Part shown: positions 45,903-54,947 of the stretch, in pieces
Position numbering within the stretch: the first letter of the stretch is position 1
How the letters are laid out: the number at the start of each line of letters is the position of its first letter
From: a virus
Taxonomy: Duplodnaviria > Caudoviricetes
IMG/VR virus record: IMGVR_UViG_3300030109_004835
Span: 1-63,358 of that record
Reading direction: 5' to 3' (one strand)
Length of the DNA stretch: 63,358 nt
Translations under genes and position numbers: made by a program
The notes under the pieces: model-generated
The model's input: the letters and a program-made list of their open reading frames with translations, nothing else
Database searches by the model: none
What the model was told of the DNA's origin: nothing

Positions 45903-46183
45903 TCGTCAATTGTTGGTTGTGGGCCTGAGTTTGGTTGTTTGGTTAGTTTTTCCAAATCATTGAAAGCATCTCTATAGCCCGCATACCAACTTAATTTATG
46001 ACTATTTTCCTGTGGGTCGGTCCCAATAGAGGAAACAGTAGGGCCAGCGGCCTCTTTAAGAATGGCAATAGCTTGCTGGAGTGCGGGTTCTCCCACGATC
46101 TCTTGCAGCTTCGATACAGCTTTTATATCATTAAACCACCACTCCAATTTAATTGGAACGGTGGGTTTCTTTTTCTGGGGCAT
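45878..46183 (-). CDS. Hypothetical protein after portal
   Basis: TAATG coupling to portal. Confidence 0.6.
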   Translation of the reverse strand: MPQKKKPTVPIKLEWWFNDIKAVSKLQEIVGEPALQQAIAILKEAAGPTVSSIGTDPQENSHKLSWYAGYRDAFNDLEKLTKQPNSGPQPTIDEWTHIQNP

Positions 46184-48408
46184 TATACTTGTTCTTCTCG
46201 GAACTCAAGAGCAGCTTTTGCATCGCGCATAGCCTGCTCTTGCTCAAACTTACGTTGCTTAATCGCCATATCGAGTTCCGCTTTTTGTTGGGCGATCTGC
46301 ATTTCAACCTGAGCCTTTTGCATCTTCATGTCAACTTCAGAAGGACCGGTTGGTTGTCCTCCAGACTCTTCAGCGGCTTGCGCTTGGTCCCGTTGGATTT
46401 TTTCTAAAGCCTTCATGGTGTTATTGATGGCTTCTTCAGCGAATTGTAAGACTTGATTTGTCTGAGACACCAGCCCTTCCAAAGCTGGGTCACCTGCGGC
46501 GAACTGGACTGTCTCGCTAATATGCTGATACAATGCTTGCAGCACAGGAAGAGCTTGCTGCGGGTCAACCTGCCCAGCGTTTATGCCTTCAATGATCTGT
46601 TGCAAGAGCGGGACATGTACCTGCAAATGTTGCCCATGCAACTCACTAGACACAACTGGGACAGGCTGACCTTGCTGCAATTGGCTATTCTCAAGAACTG
46701 CTATCTTCGTATCCACTGTTGGACGGCTCTCCACTTCCGCCGAAACATAGCGGTCGGCCAAGTCGTGACCCACGCGAGTGCTAACAATATCCCTAGTGAG
46801 ATTGCGACGACCAACATCATCGAATTGACCACTAATGCCCTGCAACTCTCGAAGAGATACAAGTCGGTTGGCGAGCGATCCGCTGCCAATGGAGCGAACC
46901 GCTTTGGTTCTTTCGACATCGAGTTTTTTGATGAATTCTGCATCTACACCTCGTTTCTCACATCTAGAATAAAAGTCCTTAACCGCTTTGTCTTGTTTCT
47001 TAGACTGGACGACTCGCCTAACCATTTCGCGCATCAGGCGATTCCAACTAGCGTAGAACAAGTTAAGGGTTGAACCACTAATGCGGGTAGCGACATCCAT
47101 GTCCGATACCACCTGCATCTGGTTCCTGTAAGGTGAACCCTGCTGAGGACCATATGGACTGATTGTATCAGTATTCAACTGTAGTTGTTGAGTCAGGTCT
47201 TGCAGGGCTGGTTGAACAGCAGTTCCCAAATTAGGAATAGCTTTCTCTACGATCTTCACGTTCGGGGACATCACGGCGTACGCCCCATAAAAAGTAAACT
47301 GCAACTCGTCCAGTGACCGCTGGTTCTCTGGCTGGATCATCACAGCCGAAGATAGCATTGCGCCATCAATCTGCTGGCAACGCAACCGGTTGCTGGTCTG
47401 GACATGGTTGAATATACGCTGGCCCAAACCACGAATAGAATGGTAAGTACCATTACTACCAACGCCGTAAGTAAACATGATGTAAGCCTGCTCAGGACTA
47501 GCGTATCGGCTGGGCTTCTTATACATGAAGTCCTTCGGCGACTGCTCCGAGCAAATGTAATGGCTCACACTTCCGTCAAGTTCCCGCACCCAGAAGTGCA
47601 GGACATCGACAGTCGGGTTCTGGATACCGGTGTGGATGTCGTTATTCTTTATCTCTGCTTGCAGGGCCTCAAACTCATTAAGCATGTTGCCACTATTAGC
47701 GCGGCCAGAATGCTTCAGATTCTTGACCATCACCCGCTTCACTTCAGCCACATCCCAACCAACGGCTTCCGCCGCCTTTTCGTTTCTGATAAAAGAGTAA
47801 AGCTCATGTAGGTGGTATTGCCTCCTACCCACTGCCACATCAATATTCTCTTCAGTAGCAGGTGTCTGTCGGGGGATCAGCATGTCGGCAAAACTGCCAA
47901 CTTTAAAACGCCAGTCGTCGGCCGAATCAAAATACGCGATCCCTACACCGTGCTTAATGAACGTTGTACAAAGGCGCAGGTAAGAGGAATGGAACTCAGG
48001 CCAGTTCCTGAACATATGCGTCAGCTCTTCCGCAACGATCTCTTCTTTCGGGCCTGTTGAGCTGCGTTCACCAACAGTAGCCTTCACATCCACGAACCGC
48101 TCCAACGAACTGTACAAATCTACATACGCGGATAACGCAACATCCAAAATCCGCTGGGCTTCTCCGAAGTTGAGGTTGGTCTTTAAAGACTGCCCGCTGA
48201 CTGCGAGCTTAGAAGCGTTGTATGGGGCAGCCCCATCAAACATCGCATCTACTCTAGCGCGGTTCACCGCCGACCCCTCATCGGCTCTATGCAAAGAGTT
48301 AAATATATTGATAGCCGACTTAACATCCTTGAGACGGGTCTCAGCAGGTTTTCCCTTTTCGTCTAGCCCCTCAAGGTCTAGATTCTCCAGTCCATACATG
48401 TCCGACAT
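46183..48408 (-). CDS. Portal protein
   Basis: 741 aa, largely helical with Gln-rich C-terminal coiled-coil barrel; promoter TTGACA-16-TATCAT at 48419-48446. Confidence 0.75.
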   Translation of the reverse strand: MSDMYGLENLDLEGLDEKGKPAETRLKDVKSAINIFNSLHRADEGSAVNRARVDAMFDGAAPYNASKLAVSGQSLKTNLNFGEAQRILDVALSAYVDLYSSLERFVDVKATVGERSSTGPKEEIVAEELTHMFRNWPEFHSSYLRLCTTFIKHGVGIAYFDSADDWRFKVGSFADMLIPRQTPATEENIDVAVGRRQYHLHELYSFIRNEKAAEAVGWDVAEVKRVMVKNLKHSGRANSGNMLNEFEALQAEIKNNDIHTGIQNPTVDVLHFWVRELDGSVSHYICSEQSPKDFMYKKPSRYASPEQAYIMFTYGVGSNGTYHSIRGLGQRIFNHVQTSNRLRCQQIDGAMLSSAVMIQPENQRSLDELQFTFYGAYAVMSPNVKIVEKAIPNLGTAVQPALQDLTQQLQLNTDTISPYGPQQGSPYRNQMQVVSDMDVATRISGSTLNLFYASWNRLMREMVRRVVQSKKQDKAVKDFYSRCEKRGVDAEFIKKLDVERTKAVRSIGSGSLANRLVSLRELQGISGQFDDVGRRNLTRDIVSTRVGHDLADRYVSAEVESRPTVDTKIAVLENSQLQQGQPVPVVSSELHGQHLQVHVPLLQQIIEGINAGQVDPQQALPVLQALYQHISETVQFAAGDPALEGLVSQTNQVLQFAEEAINNTMKALEKIQRDQAQAAEESGGQPTGPSEVDMKMQKAQVEMQIAQQKAELDMAIKQRKFEQEQAMRDAKAALEFREEQV

Positions 48409-48442
48409 TAGAAAATTTATGATACCTGTATCCTTTTCCCTG

Positions 48443-48874
48443 TCAAGAGTTGGGGTAGCAGGTGTTCATGATGCGGGACACGGGGATGTTGTGTTTTTTG
48501 CCCTCCATATTTCGTAAGCGGACATAGGGTTGGTTACCCCTGTAAGACTCCGTAACAATAAAAGGATGGCGTCCTCCTCCGCCTACAAGATTCTTAATCT
48601 TCCAAACCGCTCCATAGGGGGTCACGGCGTAGTCGGGATAATCAGGAATCGGGGCGTAGGAATCAAGAGGCAGGGTTCGGGTGCGGGCTTCAGGATCGGT
48701 GTGCCGGATACGGCGTGTAGAGCCGTCGTCGGCTTTGACCTGCGTCTGCCAACCGGAGTCGATCCAGCGGCGGGCCATTCTCTTCTTGGTCTTCGTGTTG
48801 TAGACGTAACCATTTTCAGACAGGGAGTAATCTGAAGCGCCTTGTATAGGGGTCAAGGTCTGCGTGTCGCTCAT
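48443..48874 (-). CDS. Tandem NUMOD4-like protein lacking an HNH nuclease
   Basis: PIQGASDYSLSENGYVYN and PIPDYPDYAVTPYGAVW...YVRLR...VSRIM; likely start MSDTQ at 48874. Confidence 0.6.
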   Translation of the reverse strand: MSDTQTLTPIQGASDYSLSENGYVYNTKTKKRMARRWIDSGWQTQVKADDGSTRRIRHTDPEARTRTLPLDSYAPIPDYPDYAVTPYGAVWKIKNLVGGGGRHPFIVTESYRGNQPYVRLRNMEGKKHNIPVSRIMNTCYPNS

Positions 48875-48918
48875 GCAAAGAGTTGATAAACCCATATAGC
48901 AAAAGAGTCAACTATTTT

Positions 48919-49030
48919 CTTGGTACCGATGATGGCCACAGAATGAACTTAAAAACTCCTTCCTATATACCCTTGGTACTATTGATAAGATCATTAGTAC
49001 CATATATAAATGGGGAGGACTTTTTGAGTT
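48919..49030. repeat. Long imperfect palindrome, copy 2, plus an extra half-site
   Basis: AACTTAAAAA...TGGTACTATTGAT-AAG-ATCATTAGTACCA...TTTTTGAGTT; half-site CTTGGTACCGATGAT at 48919-48933. Confidence 0.85.
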
Positions 49031-49047
49031 GGGATTTGCAAATGCGT

Positions 49048-49329
49048 TTATCTTTGCTGCCCCCGTTCCCGTATTTGCGAGATCCGTTTCTTTTTCTGAT
49101 ACCGCTCTTTTTGTTTAGCGCGTATGTGGTCACGGTTTTTACGGTAATATTCTTTGTTGTAATCCTTCCTCTTTTTACGCTCTTTTTTCCACTTATCTGG
49201 GTCTAAAGCTTTGAGTAATTCCTCTTTGCGTTCGAACACATCTTTGTTTTCGATGTAATATCGCCTCTGATACTCCAACCGTTTTTCACGGTTTTTACGG
49301 TAATACTCTTGTTTTTTAGGGTCGGGCAT
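49048..49329 (-). CDS. Basic Tyr/Lys/Arg-rich helical protein
   Basis: YYRKNR repeats; promoter TTGACA-17-TTCGCT-5 nt-ATG(49329). Confidence 0.6.
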   Translation of the reverse strand: MPDPKKQEYYRKNREKRLEYQRRYYIENKDVFERKEELLKALDPDKWKKERKKRKDYNKEYYRKNRDHIRAKQKERYQKKKRISQIRERGQQR

Positions 49330-49519
49330 TACGCAGCGAATCCCGAAATTGAGCATTTGTCAAATTTTTTCACAGAACACACCACACACATACAGCGTGT
49401 GGGAAAAAAATGCCCCCCACCCCCGTGGCGTGGGTCATGATTCATGGATCACGATTCAGGGTGCGGGATTCTGATGCAACGTTTCATGGGAAAACGTGCC
49501 GGTTGCTCCCTTTCCATGT

Positions 49520-50143
49520 ATGGCTGAAACCATACTGAAGAAAAAGGATAGCTCCTCTATTGTTGAGGAGACCTCGCAGTTCACTGAAGCTGAAAAGAAG
49601 GCTATCAAGTCCATTGCCTCACGGGGCGGTAAGATAGTGGACGAACTAGCATTTGAACGTTACAAGGTCCGCCAGCGCGGAGAGTGTGACTATCTGCTTT
49701 GTGCTCATTATCTGAGAGACGCTTCTGGCGCCGTGCTCACGGGTCTGATTGCCGCTTCTAATCCTAAGGTTCCCTTTGCGGGGATCGCCATGGAGCGGAC
49801 GAAAGGCAATCCCAAGGCCCCTGACTTTAGCAAGGTGGGGACTTCCCGTGAGATGGCAATGGCCATCTCACTGGCAAAGGAGAACTCTTCTGTTGAAGGT
49901 CCAAAGGATCTGAAGGAGAAGGACGCTCTGAAGTTCATCACCGACATCAAGTCAGGGATTAAGCCGAAAGGGAAGAAGGCCTCAGATAAGGCTCCCCCCG
50001 TTGCGGAAATCCGCGCTCTGATCGTCAATTTCCAAGATCAGCTGAGCAGCATGGACATTGCGGAACTGTGGTCGCTCTTGAAGTCTATTTCTGATAACCG
50101 GAAAGCCGATAAAAAAGCTTCTGAGAAGACCGCCAAGGCCTAA
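49520..50143 (+). CDS. Hypothetical early protein
   Basis: Likely ATG MAETIL at 49520; followed by tandem terminators. Confidence 0.65.
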   Translation: MAETILKKKDSSSIVEETSQFTEAEKKAIKSIASRGGKIVDELAFERYKVRQRGECDYLLCAHYLRDASGAVLTGLIAASNPKVPFAGIAMERTKGNPKAPDFSKVGTSREMAMAISLAKENSSVEGPKDLKEKDALKFITDIKSGIKPKGKKASDKAPPVAEIRALIVNFQDQLSSMDIAELWSLLKSISDNRKADKKASEKTAKA

Positions 50144-50154
50144 CCCCTAACCCT

Positions 50155-50229
50155 TCCCCCCTTACCCTGAAAATGGGTAAGGGGGGATTTTTGTGCCCGC
50201 GTTCCCGCATATGGGGGCGCGGGCTTTTT
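50155..50229 (+). terminator. Two tandem Rho-independent terminators
   Basis: TCCCCCCTTACCC/GGGTAAGGGGGGA+T5 and GCCCGCG.../CGCGGGC+T5. Confidence 0.8.
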
Positions 50230-50238
50230 CGTTTTAAC

Positions 50239-50457
50239 CCGCGTGCCAGTCCGCGTGCCAGTCCGCGTGTCAGATCTCATAAAACGTTTTACCACAATCC
50301 CTGATCCATGATTCCCGATCCCTGATTCAGGATCCACAGATCCTATAAAACGTTTCACGAGAATAACCCTCGTCCACACTAACCCTCGTCCGCGCATTAT
50401 ATCCCAACTACGAATATCAACCCTGATGGTAACACTCGTCCAAAATAGCCCTCGTCC
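50239..50457. repeat. Non-coding direct-repeat cluster (origin/iteron-like)
   Basis: 3x CCGCGTGCCAGT-like, 7-bp GATCC/GATTC array, 4x TAACCCTCGTCC-like. Confidence 0.75.
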
Positions 50458-50493
50458 ACGCCTATAACTCACTGAAAATAAATTAGTTACCTA

Positions 50494-50533
50494 AAAGAAA
50501 AGTATTGACAAAACACTATATTTATGTTATACT
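50494..50533 (+). promoter_or_regulatory. Strong early sigma70 promoter
   Basis: AAAGAAAAGTA-TTGACA-17-TATACT. Confidence 0.85.
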
Positions 50534-50542
50534 TCTTATACA

Positions 50543-51307
50543 GTGAGAGAACACCCTGAAACAAAAGCAAAAGCGTTGGCGAACGAGCCGATCCAACGAC
50601 TGTTGGATTCCGGTAAAACGTTTCACGCAAAACATAACAAGCTCCCTTCCCCTTCCAAGCGGGACGGTGATTATGTTGAACTCCTACCCTACACCCCCAA
50701 GCCCCCGTCACAAGGGCCAAGGCGCGGGGGTCTCACCCCACAGCAAAAGTGGCAACGATATGCCAACCTGCTCCTGAGGAGCAAGGCAGCCGCTAGGCGG
50801 TATTACGAAAAGTATAGCGAGGACATCAATTCTATCCGGCTCACCCCCAACGAGGTTTACCCCAATGCTCCTGTTGAGAAGATAGAAATCCCCGACCCCG
50901 CTGCTGTATACCGCCATGCCTTGGAGATGTGGCACGCCTTGTGTCGCAGACGGCGGGACATCAAGCAAGAGGGTGACAAGATACTGGCAAAGCGTGGAGG
51001 GTTTAAACGTTTCATGCAATACTGTGAACAGCACCCTGATGTTTATGAGGTTGAAGACGGCAAGCTCATGGGGATACGCCCCGTCCCTGATCAGCCCGTC
51101 GAGCCAGAGGGAACGCGAACCCCGCCCCCTACAAACGAGCAAGCTGGCAAAGACTCAATCCGCAAAGCCCAGAGCTTGTCCACTATCGACAAGCGCATGG
51201 CAGCAGAGCGCCAGAAGATTTCCAAGGATGACAAGCCGCGCCCTGTGATGCGGCACCATGTTGATGCTAACCCTTGGCTCTATGCCAAGCACGCAAGAAA
51301 CAAATGA
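50543..51307 (+). CDS. Hypothetical early protein
   Basis: 254 aa; GTG 9 nt after the -10 box. Confidence 0.6.
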   Translation: MREHPETKAKALANEPIQRLLDSGKTFHAKHNKLPSPSKRDGDYVELLPYTPKPPSQGPRRGGLTPQQKWQRYANLLLRSKAAARRYYEKYSEDINSIRLTPNEVYPNAPVEKIEIPDPAAVYRHALEMWHALCRRRRDIKQEGDKILAKRGGFKRFMQYCEQHPDVYEVEDGKLMGIRPVPDQPVEPEGTRTPPPTNEQAGKDSIRKAQSLSTIDKRMAAERQKISKDDKPRPVMRHHVDANPWLYAKHARNK

Positions 51308-51477
51308 AACAAAGTAAAATAGCACGGCAAGAACGTGCAGACAAAAGACAAGCAGACCGTGATGCGCGGACTGATTCGGCCCAGCTCAAGAGACTGGATA
51401 AGATTAACGGCAAGAACAAAGGCGCAAAGAAAGAGCGTGCCCGTTTAGCCAAACGCATATCGAACCCTGATTCCTGA
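51304..51477 (+). CDS. Small basic protein
   Basis: ATGA coupling (MKQSKI...). Confidence 0.55.
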   Translation: MKQSKIARQERADKRQADRDARTDSAQLKRLDKINGKNKGAKKERARLAKRISNPDS

Positions 51478-51480
51478 ACC

Positions 51481-51663
51481 ATGAGCCTTGAAGAACTAAT
51501 CAACAAGAAGTGGGACAAGGACGATCAGTCCAATCTGTCTATCGAGGAACGCAAGGCTGATGCTGTTGATCTCATCAGTAAGCCTAAGCCAAGGGTGCAA
51601 CCCGCACCCTTGGCCCCGTTCCGTGCAGCCCTTGACCAAGCATTCGAGAGGAAGAAGTCATGA
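51481..51663 (+). CDS. Hypothetical protein
   Basis: Fills early operon. Confidence 0.5.
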   Translation: MSLEELINKKWDKDDQSNLSIEERKADAVDLISKPKPRVQPAPLAPFRAALDQAFERKKS

Positions 51664-51938
51664 AGAAACTATTAGAAATCCAAACGGGAGAAGAACCACA
51701 AGGTTTGATACTGTTTGCTACCCAGAGAGAAGCCTCTCTCTTTGAAGCAAAAGAGCACCCTTGGGGGACTTATACGACGGGGTGGGTGACAGTCCGCTCC
51801 GATCAGGTCCGGCCAAGCCAGACCCACCGTAACGGTTTCCGATACACTGAAGCATACTTTGACGATGACCCAGATACTTACGATGAGTATGGGGTAAACA
51901 CAAAGAACTCGTTTAACACTCAAACGTTTGACAAGTAA
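51660..51938 (+). CDS. Hypothetical protein
   Basis: ATGA coupling. Confidence 0.55.
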   Translation: MKKLLEIQTGEEPQGLILFATQREASLFEAKEHPWGTYTTGWVTVRSDQVRPSQTHRNGFRYTEAYFDDDPDTYDEYGVNTKNSFNTQTFDK

Positions 51939-51939
51939 C

Positions 51940-52347
51940 ATGAGCGAACCGCAAACATATCGAAAGGTCGCAATACCCATGACAGAAGAACAAGCGTGTA
52001 AAACGTTTGCTTGTGAAATATGCACGGGATTCACTGAGGCCTATGAATACCTTATGGGATTCACAGACCTTGTGAAAACATATCCAGAAATGGATACCGC
52101 GTATCACAAAAGCCTCGACCTCGTTGCCCATCGAGGATGCGACGGTGAATGCTGGGAAGGAGCGACCATGTCCATAGTATGCCCATGCTGCAATGACAGA
52201 GTATACTTCGACTACTCCTGTTTCCTGCCTACCGAAATAGAATGCATGCACTGTGGCGCAGACCTCGTAAGTGGAGATCACGAGGCCCAGCTTGGCATAC
52301 GCAGGATCATCAAAGACCACAACGCTATGAGAATGCAATACAAGTAA
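51940..52347 (+). CDS. Cys-rich putative zinc-binding protein
   Basis: CEIC, CDGEC, CPCC, CMHC motifs. Confidence 0.55.
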   Translation: MSEPQTYRKVAIPMTEEQACKTFACEICTGFTEAYEYLMGFTDLVKTYPEMDTAYHKSLDLVAHRGCDGECWEGATMSIVCPCCNDRVYFDYSCFLPTEIECMHCGADLVSGDHEAQLGIRRIIKDHNAMRMQYK

Positions 52348-52366
52348 TCACCAAACAAACTGAAGT

Positions 52367-53023
52367 ATGAAACTAACATCAAGAATATGGGTAGTCACTG
52401 ACACCCACTTCTTCCACAAAGGAATCGTGAGACGGGGCGTTCGCCCTCCTGACCACAACGAACGGACAGCAGAAGCCCTCAGTAAACTGGGGCCTGACGA
52501 TATTCTCATTCACTTGGGAGACTTCGCCTTTGCTAAGAGTTCTACTGAAGCATGGCGCGATGGTATAGCTGCATCTGAAATCATGAACCGATGCCCAGCG
52601 CGGAGTAAGATCCTGCTGCTGGGTAACCATGACAACCAGCCTTACTCCTACTACATCCAGCACGGGTTTACTGCTGCAATGGAGACTATGACACTGGAGT
52701 ATGGGGGTCAGAATATCTTATTCAGTCACCACCCCATGAGACGTTTAAGCTGGGGACCGTGTTTGGATCTTCCTGATGGCATCGACCTTAACATTCACGG
52801 CCACCTGCATCTTCGCAACCACCGTGATGAGGAGTCAGCATGGCAGGATGAGAAAGACGAACGCTGGTTCCTGCTCTCGCATGAGGCAGTGGGCTACCGA
52901 CCTGTTCTGCTCGACGATATATTAGAGGGTAAGATCCCCCGTGTTCTCAAGGAAGATGCCATGAAGTATGTGCATGATCCTGAGAATGTCCGCTTTCACG
53001 ACAAGACAAACAACCAAAACTGA
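52367..53023 (+). CDS. Calcineurin-like metallophosphoesterase
   Basis: DTHFFH, HLGDF, GNHD, SHHP, HGHLH. Confidence 0.9.
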   Translation: MKLTSRIWVVTDTHFFHKGIVRRGVRPPDHNERTAEALSKLGPDDILIHLGDFAFAKSSTEAWRDGIAASEIMNRCPARSKILLLGNHDNQPYSYYIQHGFTAAMETMTLEYGGQNILFSHHPMRRLSWGPCLDLPDGIDLNIHGHLHLRNHRDEESAWQDEKDERWFLLSHEAVGYRPVLLDDILEGKIPRVLKEDAMKYVHDPENVRFHDKTNNQN

Positions 53024-53111
53024 AACATGAAATGATCCTGACCATCACACTCCTTACTCTCTTGTCCATATGGGCGTGGAGAATCAAGTAACGCACAACA
53101 AGCAACACACA

Positions 53112-53498
53112 ATGAAAAGCAAACAACTGGACCTTGGTCCTAAGCGCAAGTCCCCCAACAAACGTAGGGAGAGAAACCACGTAGTGCATCTCAGGGATCC
53201 TGACCTGCACGCGAAGATAAAGAAGAAAGAACCCGTGAACCTGACTCCTGTATGGAATCCTTTTGATCCTTTACCTGAGGATAAAAAGAAGACCACAATC
53301 AAACGTCGTATGGGAAAGATCATTGATGTCAGGCAGTGGATGCCCGCTATAAAACGTTTGGCGAAGCAGCAGCTACCACTTATCGAGCTACGGGAAGAAC
53401 TACGTAGAGAACGGGAGGCTAATGAAAAGCTGACCGCCGAATTAAAAAGACAAGATGAGATTATCCTGAAGCATGAAGATAACAAAAAATCCCTTTAA
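53112..53498 (+). CDS. Hypothetical basic coiled-coil protein
   Basis: Likely ATG MKSKQL after A/C-rich leader. Confidence 0.5.
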   Translation: MKSKQLDLGPKRKSPNKRRERNHVVHLRDPDLHAKIKKKEPVNLTPVWNPFDPLPEDKKKTTIKRRMGKIIDVRQWMPAIKRLAKQQLPLIELREELRREREANEKLTAELKRQDEIILKHEDNKKSL

Positions 53499-53829
53499 AG
53501 GGAAAGTAGCGACGACCGTCATTGATCTATCAGACAAGAACGGTAAGCGGACTGGTGTACAATATCACGATACCATTATCGTGGAGTTCACCGACCATGA
53601 GGTGAAGCTAAACGCCACAGACCCCGACGGGGAATCGTGGCTCACGCCTACAACTAAGTTACGTATGAACCAAATATCAGAACAATATGATCTTGGCTTC
53701 AATGTATATCAGAAGTATGGGAGCTGGTGGGTTGAACCCAAGAGCCCCGCTCACAGTAGCAAACCTCAGAAACGTCGTGGGACGGGGCCAATGATGCCCT
53801 TCGTCGATAACATGACTATAAAAAGATAG
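53473..53829 (+). CDS. Hypothetical early protein
   Basis: VQYHDTIIV...W.T.TTK.RMNQ...F.VYQK...W pattern typical of small early phage genes. Confidence 0.6.
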   Translation: MKITKNPFKGKVATTVIDLSDKNGKRTGVQYHDTIIVEFTDHEVKLNATDPDGESWLTPTTKLRMNQISEQYDLGFNVYQKYGSWWVEPKSPAHSSKPQKRRGTGPMMPFVDNMTIKR

Positions 53830-53850
53830 TTAATATATCTTTCGATCTAT

Positions 53851-53890
53851 AAAGAAAAGTATTGACAATATATACTTTATTTGGTATAAT
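53851..53890 (+). promoter_or_regulatory. Consensus sigma70 promoter
   Basis: AAAGAAAAGTA-TTGACA-17-TATAAT; first 18 bp identical to 50494-50511. Confidence 0.9.
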
Positions 53891-53952
53891 ATAGTTATGG
53901 TTAGGAAAGACCCTAATCAAAACTACAAGTTAGCAGTAAAACGTTTTACTGC

Positions 53953-54882
53953 ATGAAACAAAAACACACAGACAAAGTGCAAACTACAACACCACAAAGA
54001 CAGACCGTCCGCAAGACGGCAGAGCAGCAGAGGGAACAAAAGCAAGAGCCTAGTGGCCTCAGCATCGGAGCAACAATTAACATCTCCGCTTCATCCTTTG
54101 ATAAGAGAAGGAAGAACAAAGCAGGTGAACGGGAATATGCTGAGAAGCATGGGACTGACATTGATGCGAACGAGATGACTACTAAGCTCATCAAGAAGGA
54201 ATACCTCAAGGAGATCACCAGCCATGTGGCTAAAACAAGGGAGGGTATCAAGCATTACTCTTCCCCTTGGGATGACGGTGGTAATCGGCGGGTAGCTCCG
54301 CTCATGATCCCTAAGATGCAGGAATACATCACAAAACGTAGGATGGGATGGCAGGAGAAAGTAGACGCCTTCCTCGACAAATGGCCTGAGATCAGAAGGA
54401 ACTCTGAGAAAAGGCTGAACGGGGACTTCGCGAAGTATGCTCACCTGTATCCGGCAGAAGATGATCGTGATGGAGTTCTCCGAAACTTCAACCTCAGCAT
54501 TACCTTTGGCCCGTTAGGTGGAGCAGAGGATCTCCCTCATGACTTACGTGAAATGTGGGAAGAGGAAGATGAGCGCCGTCGTGCAGAGATCTCGCAAGAT
54601 CTTCGTAACAGGTTCTACGACAAGCTCACTCATCTCTCAAAGCGGTGCGCCGTAGCAGGTGATGAAGGCACGGCATTCCGCAAGTCCAATCTGGAGAAAG
54701 TTGTGGAACTCTGCGACATCCTACCATCAATGATGATTGACGGTGACATGAAGCTGCAAGGAGCTATTGACCAAGCACGGCATATGTTGCGGGGCATAGA
54801 CTCAGACAGTATCAAGTCATCCAAGATCGTGGCGACTGACATCAGTCAGCAAGCCAAGGAGATTGCTAATTCTCTTATGTAA
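53953..54882 (+). CDS. DUF3150-like helical protein
   Basis: PWDDGG.R, FLDKW, YP motifs; lies upstream of AAA and vWA genes. Confidence 0.6.
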   Translation: MKQKHTDKVQTTTPQRQTVRKTAEQQREQKQEPSGLSIGATINISASSFDKRRKNKAGEREYAEKHGTDIDANEMTTKLIKKEYLKEITSHVAKTREGIKHYSSPWDDGGNRRVAPLMIPKMQEYITKRRMGWQEKVDAFLDKWPEIRRNSEKRLNGDFAKYAHLYPAEDDRDGVLRNFNLSITFGPLGGAEDLPHDLREMWEEEDERRRAEISQDLRNRFYDKLTHLSKRCAVAGDEGTAFRKSNLEKVVELCDILPSMMIDGDMKLQGAIDQARHMLRGIDSDSIKSSKIVATDISQQAKEIANSLM

Positions 54883-54947
54883 CAAACAGTCGGGGGCCGC
54901 GCATCCGTTGATCACGCGAGAAGAAAATAGAAAACAAAACAAAAGAT

